DNA of 64,000 nt, taken from positions 124,732-188,731 of the IMG/VR virus record IMGVR_UViG_3300037512_000782, one strand, 5' to 3'. The notes beneath the pieces are model-generated. The model did no database searches and was not told where the DNA came from. It saw only the letters and a program-made list of their open reading frames with translations. The position numbers were made by a program, and so were the translations under genes. Below, piece after piece: positions 1 to 10,623 of this stretch. This stretch comes from a virus (lineage: Duplodnaviria; Heunggongvirae; Uroviricota; Caudoviricetes). Position 1 is the first letter of the stretch. The number at the start of each line of letters is the position of its first letter.

Positions 1-134
1 AGGCGGGATTTTATGTTATCCAAGTTTGTCAATTTTTTGATGAAGGCGCAGTATGCCGTGTACGTCGGCATTATCGTCGTCATCGTCCGTAGAATCGTCA
101 TGAAAATCCGCACCGATATGGATAGGACTCACTA

Positions 135-1925
135 ATGCTCGATAAAATCGTAAACAACAACTTTGGCCTCGTATCCGTAGAGGAATTACGAAGGCTCGCT
201 GCCGGAAACAACAATGGAGTATACGGCAAGAAGATTCGACCGAAGAAGGACGACAAGGACTCCATCGACACCTTCAAGGAACTCACCAATACGATTGACG
301 AAATCATCGATGCCATTCCGAACATCACGATTCCGTCCACTATCGTCGGCAAGAGTCGCTACGAGGGCTTCAAGGAAATCGTCAAGCTCTACAAGAAGCA
401 GAACATGTCTAAGGTGTTCCTTCTGTCTTGTACGATGGTGAACTTGATCGCTCGCCATAGCGGTGCCAAGGAAGTGTCCAAGGTCGCTGGCTTCATGCAG
501 AACTGCCTAGCCTTGTATTCTATCGGCGACAACCTCTGCTCGCACATTTCCTTCAACTGGGACTTCGTTGACACGATGTACATTATCGTGAACAACGACC
601 TCGAAGGCGGCGCTCCGTTGAGCATGCAGCAGTATCGCGACCTCAACGCGAAGTACAACAAGCAGAACTACGACTCGTTGTCGCTTACGAACTCCAGCAC
701 GTACGTCCTCGTCAACATGGCCGTCGAGCACAAGGATTCCAAGTGGTTCTCTGCCGAAGACCAGAAGGAACATGTGATCAAGATGCTCCGTACGAACATC
801 AAGGGTGTCGTACGCCACTTCTCGCGTGATGAAGACGGTGGCGAGAGCTATGATCTGAACTACGAGTTCACCGACAACGCCATTATGAACGGCAAGCCGG
901 GTAACGCCATTATCGAAGTGCAGTTCGACAACGTGCTTCTTTACTTGATGCAAAGCGTGACTCCGGTGAACTCCGAAGACGGTGGTGCGGTAAACGCATA
1001 CGAACCAGCTCAAGAAATTCGCTACTTCTGGGTTCCGATGGACGGCGTGGAACTGTCTCGCACTGATGTCGCCGTGCTGAACGCGAATATCAGCAGCTTC
1101 ATGAACATGCTGTTCGTGAACAACATCGACACTGAAAAGTTCATGTTCACTTTCGACGAGAACGGCAACTTGTCCGAACTCGTCCGTCCGAAGGCCATTC
1201 CGGAAAACTTCGTTTCGGCGAAGATTCCGGAAATCATCAACGCCGTCAAGGTTTTGCACGACAAGAAGCTGTCTCGCAGCTATGCGCTTGTCGGTAACGC
1301 TGGTACTGGTAAGACCATCGGCGCACAGCAGATATCCAACGCATTCTTGGATGTCTGCACGTTCAAGATTACGAAGAACGTAATCGAGAACGAGGAAGTG
1401 CTCAAGAGCATGATGCGCTACGTAAGGGCAATCAAGCGCTGCATCATCATTCTCGATGACATGGATCGCAGCGACTTGTCCGAAAAGAATAATTCCGTAT
1501 GCGCTTATCTGAAGTTCTTCGATGACCTAAACCAAGCCGCGAAGAATGACCAGGTGTCCTACGTGTTCATTGCGACCATCAACGATCCGTCCAAGATCAA
1601 CAAGGTCATCATGTGCCGTAGCGGTCGTATTGACCAGATGCTTGAAATTGGCTTCCCCGATGTCGAAGCGCTCAAGTACTTGTTCGAGTACAACGACAAG
1701 TCGCTCAACCCGGACAACTTGACCGACTTCCGCGATCCGTCGTTCGACGAAGCGTTCAAGTATGCCGTAGAATCGCAGATTACCGCAGCGGATATCTACA
1801 ATATCTTCTCGGATATGGCGGTCTACACGGACACTGGGGCCAAGTTTACGCCGGAAAACGTACATGAGGCTATCGAACACATCAAGGATCGAAACGCCAT
1901 GTCGAACAGGAACTATCTTGATTAA
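135..1925 (+). CDS. AAA+ ATPase
   Basis: Walker A GNAGTGKT, Walker B IIILDDMD, ATIN sensor 1, RSGRID arginine finger in the C-terminal half. Confidence 0.85.
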   Translation: MLDKIVNNNFGLVSVEELRRLAAGNNNGVYGKKIRPKKDDKDSIDTFKELTNTIDEIIDAIPNITIPSTIVGKSRYEGFKEIVKLYKKQNMSKVFLLSCTMVNLIARHSGAKEVSKVAGFMQNCLALYSIGDNLCSHISFNWDFVDTMYIIVNNDLEGGAPLSMQQYRDLNAKYNKQNYDSLSLTNSSTYVLVNMAVEHKDSKWFSAEDQKEHVIKMLRTNIKGVVRHFSRDEDGGESYDLNYEFTDNAIMNGKPGNAIIEVQFDNVLLYLMQSVTPVNSEDGGAVNAYEPAQEIRYFWVPMDGVELSRTDVAVLNANISSFMNMLFVNNIDTEKFMFTFDENGNLSELVRPKAIPENFVSAKIPEIINAVKVLHDKKLSRSYALVGNAGTGKTIGAQQISNAFLDVCTFKITKNVIENEEVLKSMMRYVRAIKRCIIILDDMDRSDLSEKNNSVCAYLKFFDDLNQAAKNDQVSYVFIATINDPSKINKVIMCRSGRIDQMLEIGFPDVEALKYLFEYNDKSLNPDNLTDFRDPSFDEAFKYAVESQITAADIYNIFSDMAVYTDTGAKFTPENVHEAIEHIKDRNAMSNRNYLD

Positions 1926-1931
1926 ATAGCA

Positions 1932-2951
1932 TTACCACTGACCCAGCAAATTGCCACAAGGATAGTTTGCTGGGTCGTTTGTAATGTCTTCGACACACTT
2001 GTCGACTTCTGGAGGACGGAACAAAACGTCCTTTTTTAGTTCGTCGATAGTGCTGGAGACATCCAGCGAATAGCCAGACGCTGGCTTCGATGCGTTCGGA
2101 TCGTCCGGATCCGTGGAACTGCCGAGTGTATTGCGGCCAAGTAGCTGGTCGATGAAATGCTCTTGGTTCGGATCGTTGATGACGTCCTCGCTGACTTTCT
2201 TTCCGTCGTCGATAGCGACCTCCAAGAATAGTTTCCAAAAATACTTTCTCCACTTGTACTCGTATTCCGGAACTTCGTCCGTGATGGACGTGATTGAATA
2301 AAGCTTGTTGTCGTACTCGACCTTCAGCAAGTCGCCAGCCTTTGGGAAGATCTGGGCTGCCGTATAGCCGTAGTAGTTGAATTTCTCGTATCCACGCTGC
2401 CACCAGACTGGGTTATGGTCTTTTTCGTCCGTGCTGCAGAGCGGCTTTACGCCATGTTCACGCAAAGAACGATAGTTCCATTCGAGGAACAGCCCCATGT
2501 GCAAAATAACTTCGGTCTTTGCCGTGTACTGGATGCCGAATCGTGCGTACAGCTCGTTCTGCGGAGTAAATGTAATCGTGGCGCGGACATCGAACATGCG
2601 GTCGATATTTCTGCTGTTATCCTCGTGGAACAGCGGGTCTGCCTTGGTATCGTAAGTAGTCGTATAATACTTGAACTGAGTGCCTTGACGCTTGATCTGA
2701 GCAGCTGACATGATGTTGTAGCGCTCGTGGTCGCGGAATGCGTTCTCGTTGCGGTAATAGTGACCCATGCCGAGCCGAGTGTTGTGCTGGAAATCCGGAT
2801 GGTTGATCTGGGACTTTTCAGACCGTTCGACGAAACCTCCGAGACGGTCGTCCCAGAGTGGCTTGGATACTGAAGCCAGTACGCTAAAATTCGGTACGAC
2901 CATGTTGGCCGCACGTACGTTTCCAGAAAGATGTAGCTTCAAGCTTGGCAT
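1932..2951 (-). CDS. Putative neck/head-completion protein (T4 gp14-like)
   Basis: 339 aa; DPLFHED...YARFGIQY...EVILHM pattern recalls gp14; late-promoter motif upstream; structural context. Confidence 0.5.
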   Translation of the reverse strand: MPSLKLHLSGNVRAANMVVPNFSVLASVSKPLWDDRLGGFVERSEKSQINHPDFQHNTRLGMGHYYRNENAFRDHERYNIMSAAQIKRQGTQFKYYTTTYDTKADPLFHEDNSRNIDRMFDVRATITFTPQNELYARFGIQYTAKTEVILHMGLFLEWNYRSLREHGVKPLCSTDEKDHNPVWWQRGYEKFNYYGYTAAQIFPKAGDLLKVEYDNKLYSITSITDEVPEYEYKWRKYFWKLFLEVAIDDGKKVSEDVINDPNQEHFIDQLLGRNTLGSSTDPDDPNASKPASGYSLDVSSTIDELKKDVLFRPPEVDKCVEDITNDPANYPCGNLLGQW

Positions 2952-2968
2952 TCGATACCTCGTCCAGC

Positions 2969-2977
2969 AGTTTATCA
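2969..2977 (-). promoter_or_regulatory. Putative late promoter TGATAAACT
   Basis: Upstream of the gp14-like gene. Confidence 0.6.
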
Positions 2978-2997
2978 GTTGACCTTGCGCCCAGAAC

Positions 2998-3006
2998 TGA
3001 TAAACT
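2998..3006 (+). promoter_or_regulatory. Putative late promoter TGATAAACT
   Basis: Upstream of the gp6-like gene. Confidence 0.6.
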
Positions 3007-3033
3007 GCATACGACTATTTGGAATCGGTATTT

Positions 3034-5634
3034 ATGTCGAATGCACTAGATCAACGCAAATATGCGAAAATATCGTTCGAGGCAGTTCGTGAACACCTCG
3101 TTTCGATCATGAAGGCGAAGGGCGGCAATCTCGCCGATGCCTCTGAAAGTTCCTACGGTCGATTGATGACCGACTTGTTCTCCGGTACGGCAGACTTGAT
3201 GGGCTACTATGCGGAATCTGGCTTCATGAACGCCTTCATGGAACCTTCGTCTACTTCTACGCCTTCCATATACGCGAACGCTCGTATGCTTGGTTATAGC
3301 ATACGCCGTCCGGTTCCGGCAAAGGCTGGCATCGGTATCGCTGCCACCAAGACTGGTAAGTACAACAGCATCCGCGTCCGTATTCCGAAGGGAACCGAGT
3401 TCACCATCGGCGGCCTTACCTTGACCGCAATGGACGACATGGAGTTCTACTACAACAGAAATACCGATCCGTCCAACACTGGCTTGATGACGCTCGTCTC
3501 TGGAAAGGCCGTCGTGGCCGAAGGTCAGTTCAAGACCGAAACGCTGGTCTCTACTGGCAAGCAAAACCAGATTCACGTAGTTAACGACACGACTTTCTCC
3601 GATTACTTTGGTGACAATGACCCCAACTTCGACGATGACGGTAACGTGGCTCACCGTGCGGCTGCATTCACGACGGTTACTTCCGACGCTACCCTTATGG
3701 ACAACGTAGATCCAAGCGTCGTCGTTAATGACAAGCTCTACTGGCGCGTCTCTCGCCGTGGCCTTATCGACCCGGCCAAGGAGAACGTACTTAACGACAT
3801 CGAGAAGTTCGTCGCTGGACAAGACAACTATACCGACAACTACACCGTCGAAATCACTACGGCTAACGACGGCAACGTACAGCTGAAGTTCGGCGACGGC
3901 TTGAACTCCGCGATTCCGTACGGCCTTATCAACGTGACCTATTTCTCCACGCTCGGCGAAGGCGGAAACCTTCTCGACGTGGCTGGTACGGTTCTGGCAA
4001 CCAGCGACTCCAAGATCGTGATTACTCAGGGCGACGGAACCGAAAGCGATATCACCCTCGAAGACTTGAACATCGCGTTGACCACCGATATCCGCAGCGG
4101 TCTCGACATCCAGTCTATCGAATCCATCAAGGCCGACGCTCCGTATATTTTCAACTCTTTGGACAAGCTAGTTAACCGCATGAGCTATAAGATTTTCCTT
4201 CGCCGCTATGCTGACGTGAAGTACGCCACCGCGTTTGGTGAGGACATCTTGAATACGAAGCTGCAGAACGGCAGCATCGACGTTAAGTTCATGAACCAGA
4301 TTCGTTTCAGTGTGCTCAAGAGCTTGTACCGCAAGAAGGACAAGAACTACTATCCGACGACTTCCAACGAGTACTTCCTTGACGGCTGCAAGATTAACGG
4401 TTTGATGTACACTTGGCTGTATGACTATGGCGAATTGTCCAAGCAAGGTCTTGACTCTGGCCACTGGGCTATGGCGGAACGAGTGAACAAGGCAATCGAC
4501 TCCGTATTCGACGGTGTCGTTTGCTACAAGAACTCCGAAGGCTACGTGGATGTCAGTGAGAAGGTAAAGCAAGCCATCCGGAAGGCAGTCATGCCGTCCG
4601 ACATTCCGATGGACTACCAAGTGTATTCCGCGAAGCTGTCTCCGCTTGACTTTGTCGAGACTGGTTCCGAGCTGTACAACGTAATGACATCGCTTAACCA
4701 GCGCGGCATGGTTACTCTTGGCGGCGGATACCACAACTACGTGTATCCGAGCGTCCATGAAATGCAGTGCCATCTCGATATTACCTTGTACCGTGGCAAT
4801 AACTTCACCGACGTCAAGGAACGAGTTCAGAACATAATTTACAAGTACTTGAGCGACAATACCGAGTTTGCTTCTCCTATCTACCGTTCTCGTATCGAGG
4901 CGCTTGTCCATAACTTGACCGAAGTCGAGGGCGTCGACGTGACGTTCGCTCCGGTCGTTAACCAGTACAATGCGCTTGATGTCGCCCAGCTTCCGTGGCT
5001 TGGCAGCGTGACGAGCGAATTTATCGCACCGGGTTCTGTGACCATCGATCCGTTCGACTTTACTTTGCAGTACACCCTCGTCGAGTCCAATGTCAAGACG
5101 ACCACGACTCGTACGTTTACGATGCCGAACCAGTCTACTATCCAGAACTTAATTGCCGACTACTGCTCGACGATGATTTCTAACCATCTTGAGACAGTTA
5201 CCGACCTCGAAATCGACCGTTTTGTTGCCTATATCTGGTCACAGGTTATGCAGCAGATCTATACGCCGATTGCCGACCAGATCGATACCGCAACCGCACA
5301 AGGCGATATCGAGACAGTGCGCAGCCTCCGTGCGCTTATCGACGCCATCAAGGGCTGGGAACTTGGCCCAGACTCGCTGACGTTCAAGGATACAGACACG
5401 ATTACGTCCATGTCCGAGGTGAACGGAAATACTTTGTACGACTACTTGAAGTACGGCTTGAACTACATCAAGCTCATCCGTAACGTGCTTGCCTACTACG
5501 TCACCAAGAGCTTGATCGACGAGAATGGCAACATCACCAACTATACGAACGACAATGAAATTGTCCAGGTTGTCGTCCCGGTTGACGAAATCGACCTTAC
5601 CGTTTCTCTGGACTCTGTCTTGCTCACTGAATAG
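3034..5634 (+). CDS. Baseplate wedge subunit (T4 gp6 / baseplate J-like)
   Basis: N-terminal SFEAVREHL...LMTDLF...YANARMLGYSIRRPVPAKA and internal VQLKFGDGLNSAIP are typical of gp6; ATG at 3034 chosen over TTG at 3019. Confidence 0.8.
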   Translation: MSNALDQRKYAKISFEAVREHLVSIMKAKGGNLADASESSYGRLMTDLFSGTADLMGYYAESGFMNAFMEPSSTSTPSIYANARMLGYSIRRPVPAKAGIGIAATKTGKYNSIRVRIPKGTEFTIGGLTLTAMDDMEFYYNRNTDPSNTGLMTLVSGKAVVAEGQFKTETLVSTGKQNQIHVVNDTTFSDYFGDNDPNFDDDGNVAHRAAAFTTVTSDATLMDNVDPSVVVNDKLYWRVSRRGLIDPAKENVLNDIEKFVAGQDNYTDNYTVEITTANDGNVQLKFGDGLNSAIPYGLINVTYFSTLGEGGNLLDVAGTVLATSDSKIVITQGDGTESDITLEDLNIALTTDIRSGLDIQSIESIKADAPYIFNSLDKLVNRMSYKIFLRRYADVKYATAFGEDILNTKLQNGSIDVKFMNQIRFSVLKSLYRKKDKNYYPTTSNEYFLDGCKINGLMYTWLYDYGELSKQGLDSGHWAMAERVNKAIDSVFDGVVCYKNSEGYVDVSEKVKQAIRKAVMPSDIPMDYQVYSAKLSPLDFVETGSELYNVMTSLNQRGMVTLGGGYHNYVYPSVHEMQCHLDITLYRGNNFTDVKERVQNIIYKYLSDNTEFASPIYRSRIEALVHNLTEVEGVDVTFAPVVNQYNALDVAQLPWLGSVTSEFIAPGSVTIDPFDFTLQYTLVESNVKTTTTRTFTMPNQSTIQNLIADYCSTMISNHLETVTDLEIDRFVAYIWSQVMQQIYTPIADQIDTATAQGDIETVRSLRALIDAIKGWELGPDSLTFKDTDTITSMSEVNGNTLYDYLKYGLNYIKLIRNVLAYYVTKSLIDENGNITNYTNDNEIVQVVVPVDEIDLTVSLDSVLLTE

Positions 5635-5645
5635 GATGGACTAGA

Positions 5646-8600
5646 ATGAATCCGATAGTCTATAACAAGAATGGTCAATACCGCTTCACCGATTTCATCG
5701 GCTACTTGCCGGAGTTCCTTCGTTCGGAACCGGACGTCGTCACTTATCTGCAAGTGATGTCCGACTACATCAACAACGCATACCGCAACGTCGATGTCAC
5801 GGAGGAGTTCGAACTGGTCAAGGTATGTACGAGTACTGACCGTACTGTCGTGCAGACTTGGATGGAACGCCTTTGCGATATGTTCAAGCTGGCATGTGAC
5901 CGTGGAGAATCGGTCATGTACTTGTCAGCGCCTCGCAACAACGTAAAGAGCAATGTCACTATCGGCAGTTCCAATGCCGAGTATCAGAAGACTATCGAGG
6001 TTGACCTTGACGAAATCGTTGACACTTTGGCTGCGGCAAGCTCTCGAATCGGCGGAAAGGATGCGCTGGACGACGGCGATGTGGTGTACGTGAAGTACCG
6101 CAAGCGCAAGCTCGGCGAACTCGTCGCCTACTACTACGTGAAGGACGCGAACATCCTCAAGAAGGATTCGATGGCCGCGTCCCAAGACCCGTTTACTGGT
6201 TCTTACAACGATCCGACGACCGCTATCCAGTTCAAGGTTGACAACGTCGGCCATGTGGTTTGCCGTTACGGCGGAAACCATGGCGACTTGGTCTACTATG
6301 AAGTCTACTTCCCAGTCCACATCACCAACGTAGAGCGTGTGTCCGCCTCTGGTATCGCTACCTATGACGTGAATGCTGACGGCAAGGATGACAGCATCTA
6401 TGTCGACTACTACAATTTGACTGGCGCTACGAAGGCCGATGAAGGAACTTACAATACCTACATCAAGTTTGGTGACCAGAAGGGCTTTGGTTGGACTGGC
6501 GAATATCCTACTGGCATGTTCTATTTCCGTGACAGCAGCTCCGCCAACTTGACTAATCTGGCCAATTCTGGCTCGATGGATCTGAGCGATACGCTGAACG
6601 ACCCGTCCGTAGACCGCTACCACATTACCAAGGTCGAAAAGATCGCTGGCATGTACCGCGTGTATCTCGATGCGTTCCCAGGCATCTATGCGAATGCGAT
6701 ATTCTATGTAATGCTCGGTTCGCAGAACCTTGGCGTGTACCGTATGAACGGAAACATCACATCTGGTGACCGTTTCGATGAAGGAAGATTGTATATTGAC
6801 TTGGTCAATATATCGAATTACGATTACCAGATCGAGGATAGCGACAAGTACAAGGACAAGCTAACGCTTCTGTCGATTCCTCTTGCCGCAAGCAAGTACA
6901 TTCTCGACTTCGACAACAAGATGCCGATGGTCACGTGGAATGAGGAAGTTTCCGACTTGTTTGAACATGTGATGGGACTGAATCCGAATACGAAGCTGAC
7001 TCGTGCAGTAGTGTATGATAACGATATACTGTATACTGGAAAGGCAGCGCGTGTTGCCCCAAGTACAATACAGATCGACACCGATCTGTGGAAACCTGTG
7101 ACACTTGGTTCGCTAGTATGGTCTCGTGATTTTACTGGTTTGGATGGCAAGACGCCGAGCGTTGGAACGATTGAATCGTATGTCCGAGCTAATAACGGAA
7201 AGTACCGCTTGGTGATTTCTGGTGTACAACTACAGCTGTCTACACTGCAAAAAGATATTACCTTGTATAACTGCGATGCTGGTATGCTTCTTGATGTCGA
7301 TTCGATGACGGATACCGACAGTGAGTTTGTCTATTTTAATGCGGTTACGAACGGCAACATACGTCCGTTTAAGATTGGCGAGTACTTCACGGCGATGGTC
7401 AAAGTTAACGGAAGCGACACGGCAAAGGAAGTGCTGTTCCAGATCCAACAAATCGAAGGGTTCCATGGTGGATACCGTCGTATTGCTGCGCTAAAGCCGA
7501 TGGGCGTCGAAGTGACGTTGGATGAACCGACGCCGATTAAGCGCGTGTATGTCGATACCGAAAATGCAGCGTCCGTCTACAAGTTCAACTATATCAAGAT
7601 GCGCGAAGGCTCTAGCGGAGTTATTCTCGGCGCGGTGAAGCAGAAGAGCTACACTGGTGACATCTTTACTCCAGAATACATGCTGGCGCAGACCAATGGC
7701 TCTGCAGACTATAGTCTGTTGAAGATGGTAACTGATGTTAAGCCGTGGAATCCCCAGCAGACCTACAATAGCGGAGAATATGTCTATAAGCCAGACGATG
7801 GCAAGGTCTACTACGTAAACCGTGAAGTGACCGTTAACGAACTTGGTGAAATTTCTGACGAGAACCGAATTACCGTCGATAACACGGCGCATTACTCCGT
7901 GGGCTTCAAGGAAATCACGAATTCCTACATGCCGTATTGCGGCCCGGTCAGTCCGCTGGATTACGAAGAAAAGGTGAACTACCAAGGCAACATGAAGACT
8001 TTGCGCTTGCCGCTGTACGTGAAGAAGGTCAACGATGTCCGTCTGAAGTATGGTTGGCAGCAAAGGCAGTATGTGTACTACAATGACGACATTGGCGTCG
8101 CTCCGATGGATCGTGCTGGCTTTGTCGAATTCTATTCTGACAGTTCACTTGTTGGAAATACTCGCAGTCCGGTGAATGTCAACTTGAGGAAGACTTCTCG
8201 TACGCATGTCCTTCCGAGCAATACGATGTTGTCTGGATGCGGAAGTCCTCTCATCGACATCGATATCGACTCTGTACCGATGGCACAGCGCAACGAGGAT
8301 GGTAAGTGGGTAGTGACTATCCAGTCTAGCGGTCATAACTTGGCTGACGGTGCGCTAATCAACGCAACTGTTTCTGTCGATGACGAAGACAAGAAGGCTG
8401 TATTCGATGCAGAGGATGCACCGATTACTGTCGTGTCTCCGGACGTGTTCCAGTATACGACCGACGAGTTTACTGGTGCTGGCTATGTCATGTCGTTGGG
8501 TACTGTCGAGGACATTACTGTCCAGTACGCTCGTACTTATATCGACTGTGACGGTTATCCGCAAGAAGGCGATATCGCCGTAGTTGGCCCGACTATCATG

Positions 8601-10565
8601 CCGATTAGCGAGGTATCTAACATTGATTTGCGTGATGACGTTTATCCGTATGTTAATGAGTCCGAGATTGCCGTTGGCGGCTCGTTGTATCTTGTTGAAC
8701 AAGGCCAGTGGAAGGCGGTAAGCGCTACAGACATCCTTACTCCGCATGCGATTTACAGCCGCCATAACATGTTCGACGTGAGCGTGACCAATCCGACATT
8801 CGCTCGCAGCGAAGGACATGTAATCAAGTCAATCAAGAAGGGCGATACTGATAGTTATGTCGAAGTGCTGACATCGAAGCGCATACCAGAACTCGATGTG
8901 GAAAATGCGAATGACATCTATGCTGACAAGGGACGAGTGTACATTGAGTATGTAAACCAAGGCGCAATCTGCGGATGGCATACTATCAGACACGTGAATA
9001 ACGGCGGTTCCTTTAGTATCTACGTCGATCCGTCGGCAGCCATCGATGGACTTATCGCGCCTATCACCAATAGGCAGATGACGGTCTATGTTGGCCGTTG
9101 GTACAAGTACACGCTTGATGGCTATGACTGGGACAAGAAGAGCAATCTCGTGTCCTACGTGACATCGAATACCATCATGGAGTACATCGACCCAGATCCA
9201 GAAAATCACGCGCCGCGCCGATACAAGATGAAGTACAAGCACGGATTCAATGTTGGCGACCATGTACTGATCGATACTGATGGAACTAACATCTACAATT
9301 ATGAAAAGTTGAGTCAGATCATGACGGCTGTGGTTACTACGGTCATAGACGACTATACGTTCGAGCTTGACCGTTCCGACATTACCAATGGCAGCGTGTT
9401 CAAGGGTTATGTAATCGAAGAACGAAATCTTCCGCGTCTGCGTGGCGAATACAGCTACAAGCTTGGTGACAAGACCATCCGTTTCACGAATGGCGACGTC
9501 GTGATAACCAAGGATCAAGTATGCTTTGACGAACGCCGCGCATGGAAGGTGTCCGAAAATACCGCATGGGTTCCGATGGCTGCGAAGCGTACTTTCAAGA
9601 TTGACCAGATGTCGGTTGACTTGAAGCGCAATCCGGCGTTTGATGCTGGGGAAGACTTGGATGAAGAAGCCGAGTACAAGTATATCACATACACCGATGC
9701 TGACGTGGCGGCTGATGTTGACGCCTACACTGTCGGGTACGCTTGCGCACGAAACTACCACTTCGAGCATCCGCACGTCGACAACCTCGACACTACGCAG
9801 AAGGTCGAACTTGAGTATTCTTCTAAGTACGATTACGCTACGGTCGCTCCGCGTGACGACATGGATCCGTCGTTCAAGGGAGTTCCGGACATGGGCTATC
9901 CGCTGGCCGAACGAATCGAGCGTCTTGCCTATCTCCGTGACCCAGAAGTCATCGACCTCGACCTTATCGGCTATCTGGCCAGGTTCATGGGCTATGACAT
10001 TACGGCGCTTGCTGACGACATCAATGCCAGCAACATCTACCGCAACAGCATGGAACGTGAAGCCGCTATCCGTGCGGCAATCGCGCACTTGCCGCAATAC
10101 TATGCGCTCAGCGGTACGAAGCCGGGTATCAACATGCTCATGGCTACGTTCGGCTTGGTAGGCGACTTGATTACTATGTGGACTAACACCGATGATCCGT
10201 ATGGAAGGCTGATTCGCCAAGATGAAGTCCATGAACAGATGGATATTGACTTGGCTAACGGCAAGACTACGTCCTCGTGGGTTCCGACGCCGCACGTCGT
10301 CCTTGACATCATCGAGAACGAGAACTTCAACAGCGTCCTGATGGGTAACGAGGAACTGACTCGCATGAAGGAGCAGATTCGTCGATGCAAGCCGATTCAA
10401 GTCGTGTTCGACGGAATCCGCATCGTGTTCAACGGTACGATCGATATTCCGCTGAAGCTGGTATCCTCTGGCGGTTCTGTCGAAGATTCTACTTGTATCC
10501 TCGGTCTGGAGCCAGACACGGAGCTGGCTGTAGACCCTTGTATGGAAGAAGATTGCGACTTCTAG
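5646..10565 (+). CDS. Large baseplate wedge protein (T4 gp7 / P2 gpI-like)
   Basis: N-terminal YLPEFLRSE and C-terminal LRDPEVIDLDLIGYLARFMGY...LPQYYALSGTKPGINML; directly follows the gp6-like gene. Confidence 0.65.
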   Translation: MNPIVYNKNGQYRFTDFIGYLPEFLRSEPDVVTYLQVMSDYINNAYRNVDVTEEFELVKVCTSTDRTVVQTWMERLCDMFKLACDRGESVMYLSAPRNNVKSNVTIGSSNAEYQKTIEVDLDEIVDTLAAASSRIGGKDALDDGDVVYVKYRKRKLGELVAYYYVKDANILKKDSMAASQDPFTGSYNDPTTAIQFKVDNVGHVVCRYGGNHGDLVYYEVYFPVHITNVERVSASGIATYDVNADGKDDSIYVDYYNLTGATKADEGTYNTYIKFGDQKGFGWTGEYPTGMFYFRDSSSANLTNLANSGSMDLSDTLNDPSVDRYHITKVEKIAGMYRVYLDAFPGIYANAIFYVMLGSQNLGVYRMNGNITSGDRFDEGRLYIDLVNISNYDYQIEDSDKYKDKLTLLSIPLAASKYILDFDNKMPMVTWNEEVSDLFEHVMGLNPNTKLTRAVVYDNDILYTGKAARVAPSTIQIDTDLWKPVTLGSLVWSRDFTGLDGKTPSVGTIESYVRANNGKYRLVISGVQLQLSTLQKDITLYNCDAGMLLDVDSMTDTDSEFVYFNAVTNGNIRPFKIGEYFTAMVKVNGSDTAKEVLFQIQQIEGFHGGYRRIAALKPMGVEVTLDEPTPIKRVYVDTENAASVYKFNYIKMREGSSGVILGAVKQKSYTGDIFTPEYMLAQTNGSADYSLLKMVTDVKPWNPQQTYNSGEYVYKPDDGKVYYVNREVTVNELGEISDENRITVDNTAHYSVGFKEITNSYMPYCGPVSPLDYEEKVNYQGNMKTLRLPLYVKKVNDVRLKYGWQQRQYVYYNDDIGVAPMDRAGFVEFYSDSSLVGNTRSPVNVNLRKTSRTHVLPSNTMLSGCGSPLIDIDIDSVPMAQRNEDGKWVVTIQSSGHNLADGALINATVSVDDEDKKAVFDAEDAPITVVSPDVFQYTTDEFTGAGYVMSLGTVEDITVQYARTYIDCDGYPQEGDIAVVGPTIMPISEVSNIDLRDDVYPYVNESEIAVGGSLYLVEQGQWKAVSATDILTPHAIYSRHNMFDVSVTNPTFARSEGHVIKSIKKGDTDSYVEVLTSKRIPELDVENANDIYADKGRVYIEYVNQGAICGWHTIRHVNNGGSFSIYVDPSAAIDGLIAPITNRQMTVYVGRWYKYTLDGYDWDKKSNLVSYVTSNTIMEYIDPDPENHAPRRYKMKYKHGFNVGDHVLIDTDGTNIYNYEKLSQIMTAVVTTVIDDYTFELDRSDITNGSVFKGYVIEERNLPRLRGEYSYKLGDKTIRFTNGDVVITKDQVCFDERRAWKVSENTAWVPMAAKRTFKIDQMSVDLKRNPAFDAGEDLDEEAEYKYITYTDADVAADVDAYTVGYACARNYHFEHPHVDNLDTTQKVELEYSSKYDYATVAPRDDMDPSFKGVPDMGYPLAERIERLAYLRDPEVIDLDLIGYLARFMGYDITALADDINASNIYRNSMEREAAIRAAIAHLPQYYALSGTKPGINMLMATFGLVGDLITMWTNTDDPYGRLIRQDEVHEQMDIDLANGKTTSSWVPTPHVVLDIIENENFNSVLMGNEELTRMKEQIRRCKPIQVVFDGIRIVFNGTIDIPLKLVSSGGSVEDSTCILGLEPDTELAVDPCMEEDCDF

Positions 10566-10587
10566 CCGTGCGTTCCGATTCGGAAAC

Positions 10588-10596
10588 TAATAAACT
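10588..10596 (+). promoter_or_regulatory. Putative late promoter variant TAATAAACT
   Basis: Upstream of the fibre gene. Confidence 0.5.
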
Positions 10597-10623
10597 AGTT
10601 TCTGCATAACATTGGAACGCTCG

